64,000 nt of DNA from Macrostomum lignano (lineage: Eukaryota): NCBI GenBank assembly GCA_002269645.1, contig NIVC01002294.1, positions 62,001 to 126,000 on the forward strand, read 5' to 3'. Made by a program: the position numbers and the translations under genes. Of this stretch, positions 62,801 through 64,000 are shown piece by piece. The stretch's first letter is position 1. Each line of letters starts with the position of its first letter. The notes below the pieces were generated by a model that had not been told where the DNA came from, searched no databases, and saw only the letters and a program-made list of their open reading frames with translations.

Positions 62801-64000
62801 CTGTCGTCTATTTGGTGAAGCTGACCGCCTCATCAAGCCCCTTCGCCCCGCGCCCTCCCCGCAGGTGTACCAGACCTGGGAGCCGCTGAAGCTGCGCAGG
62901 CCGGGCATCGTCTTCATCCGCGCCATGGCGGTGGCGCCAAACCGCCAGCCATCTGAGATTTTCTCCTCCCGGTGAGTTCATTAGTGAGTTCATGAGTGAG
63001 TTCATGAGTGATTTCATGAGTTCATGAGTGAGTAAGTGAGTGAGTTCATGAGTGAGTAAGTGAGTGAGTTCATGAGTGAGTAAGTGAGTGAGTTCATGAG
63101 TGAGTAAGTGAGTGAGTTCATGAGTGAGTAAGTGAGTGAGTTCATGAGTGAGTAAGTGAGTGAGTTCATGAGTGAGTAAGTGAGTGAGTTCATGAGTGAG
63201 TAAGTGAGTGAGTTCATGAGTGAGTAAGTGAGTGAGTTCATGAGTGATTTCATGAGTTCATGAGTGAGTTCATGAGTGAGTTCATGAGTGAGTTCATGAG
63301 TGAGTTCATGAGTGAGTTCATGAGTGAGTTCATGAGTGAGTTCATGAGTGAGTGAGTAAGTGAGTGAGTGAGTGAGTGAGTGAGTGAGTGAGTGAGTGAG
63401 TAAGTGAGGGAGTGAGTGAGTGAGTGAGCGAGTGAGTGAGTGAGTGAGCGAGTGAGTGAGTGAGTGAGTGAGTGAGCGAGTGAGTGAGTGAGTGAGTGAG
63501 TGAGTGAGTGAGTGAGTGAGTGAGTGAGTGAGTGAGTGAGTGAGTGAGTGAGTGAGTGAGTGAGTGAGATCACTCGATCACGCACTGCAATCCCTCAGCC
63601 GGTTCTGGGTCGTGGACTCCGGCGCTGGCGAGGACGCCGAGGAATCCGAGGCCGAGGAGGAGCCGGTGGCGGAGGCGGTGGGCCGGGTGGAGCCGGGCCC
63701 CATGGTGAGTTCAGCGCATTGCTAGCAAAAATGCTTGGCGCAGCAGCTCACCTGAGAACGCAACTCCCGTCACAGAGCGAGTCCTGGAAGTGGTTCAACT
63801 GCGTGCCGGCCGTGAAGCTGCTGCACGTCGTGGACGGCACGGTGGAAATTTTCTGGCAGCCGCTGGCTGAGGGCCTGACGGAGATGCTGGCGGGGTACCG
63901 CCTGCTGGTCAACGGCGTCTCCTACGGCGGCGTGCGGCTGCCCAGCAACAGCTGCCTGCAGGCGTCGGGGCTGGCGGCCGGCCGAGTGTACAGCATCTGG
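53830..64000 (+). CDS. Uncharacterised protein: N-myristoylation motif, 7 cupredoxin-like repeats, chitobiase/Fn3-associated domain, FN3; runs off the window end; 1-2 apparent frameshifts in exon 10
   Basis: Exons 53830-54088, 54178-54254, 54627-55021, 56158-56499, 56590-56676, 57385-57553, 57999-58490, 59264-59704, 60189-60488, ~61141/61204-61513, 62865-62971, 63599-63704, 63776 onward; phases are consistent except at exon 10. Repeated F-x-P-x5-6-G-D-x-V-x-W-x-W ... HN ... F-x-x-P-G-x-F/Y-x-Y pattern; ILYTMDGSPP ... IRAMAV ... SEIFS; W...GYRLLVNG...GLAAGRVYSI. Confidence 0.85.
54320..54612. repeat. Compound ~23-bp intronic repeat rich in AG|GTGAG
   Basis: Units such as gatgcagataagccacaaggtga and gatgcagtcagaccaccaggtga. 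Confidence 0.85.
55045..55372. repeat. ~21-22-bp intronic repeat (GGCCTCTATCTACCCCTATCT-like)
   Basis: Direct inspection. Confidence 0.88.
56155..56464 (+). repeat. 39-bp x8 in-frame repeat that includes the acceptor of exon 4
   Basis: Unit CAG|GATTGCTCTCGAATCCCATTCCAGAGGGGAGATCAG, encoding RIALESHSRGEIS. Confidence 0.93.
56885..57170. repeat. Purine-rich 18-bp repeat (GAGGGAGGTAGAGGGGGA)n
   Basis: Direct inspection. Confidence 0.9.
57563..57915. repeat. ~27-bp intronic repeat (CTGACCCTGCCATCTGCTCACTGACCCC)
   Basis: Fills almost the whole intron 57554-57998. Confidence 0.92.
58495..59200. repeat. ~21-22-bp intronic repeat (GGGGCGGATTCTGATGGTTTT-like)
   Basis: Begins immediately after the donor at 58491. 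Confidence 0.92.
59745..60110. repeat. 21-bp intronic repeat (GTGAATTCTAGGAATCAGGTT)
   Basis: Direct inspection. Confidence 0.9.
60780..61135. repeat. C/A-rich degenerate repeat (ACAACCTACAC-like)
   Basis: Direct inspection. Confidence 0.8.
61522..62420. repeat. 11-bp (GAGTTGGGGCT)n followed by 25-bp (GTGACTGTGCTCATTCAGTCATTCA)n
   Basis: 61522-61612 and 61640-62420. Confidence 0.93.
62972..63570. repeat. Intron built from donor-site repeats: (GTGAGTTCATGA)n, GTAAGT-containing 24-mers and (GAGT)n
   Basis: The unit starts at the first intron base, 62972. Confidence 0.95.

Overview
This is animal genomic DNA, not prokaryotic. GC-rich exons with GT-AG splice sites are separated by introns filled with micro- and minisatellites. 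The style suggests a free-living flatworm such as Macrostomum, but that is inference only. Four spliced host genes can be assembled by hand with consistent reading phases: a NECAB-family EF-hand/ABM gene (+, 2275-10996), a Runx/Runt gene (+, 36738-40157, ending VWKPYSSGNDME rather than VWRPY), a stomatin/band-7 gene (-, 44717-46500), and a long uncharacterised gene (+, 53830 to the window end) with a predicted N-myristoylation motif, 7 cupredoxin-like repeats, a chitobiase/Fn3-associated domain and FN3. The main accessory feature is a head-to-tail pair of diverged APE-RT-RNase H non-LTR retrotransposons (R1/LOA-like, minus strand, 13478-25058) inserted into a (TAGTGTCTCA)n satellite, with no satellite between the two elements. 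Both 5' UTRs contain an HDV-like ribozyme fold with covarying helices. The intact element also carries two near-copies of the target unit in its 5' UTR. A second theme is that several intronic tandem repeats start exactly at splice junctions and multiply donor or acceptor sites. Most long ORFs in the supplied track are repeat artefacts. No computation or database search was run; family names come from motif recognition.
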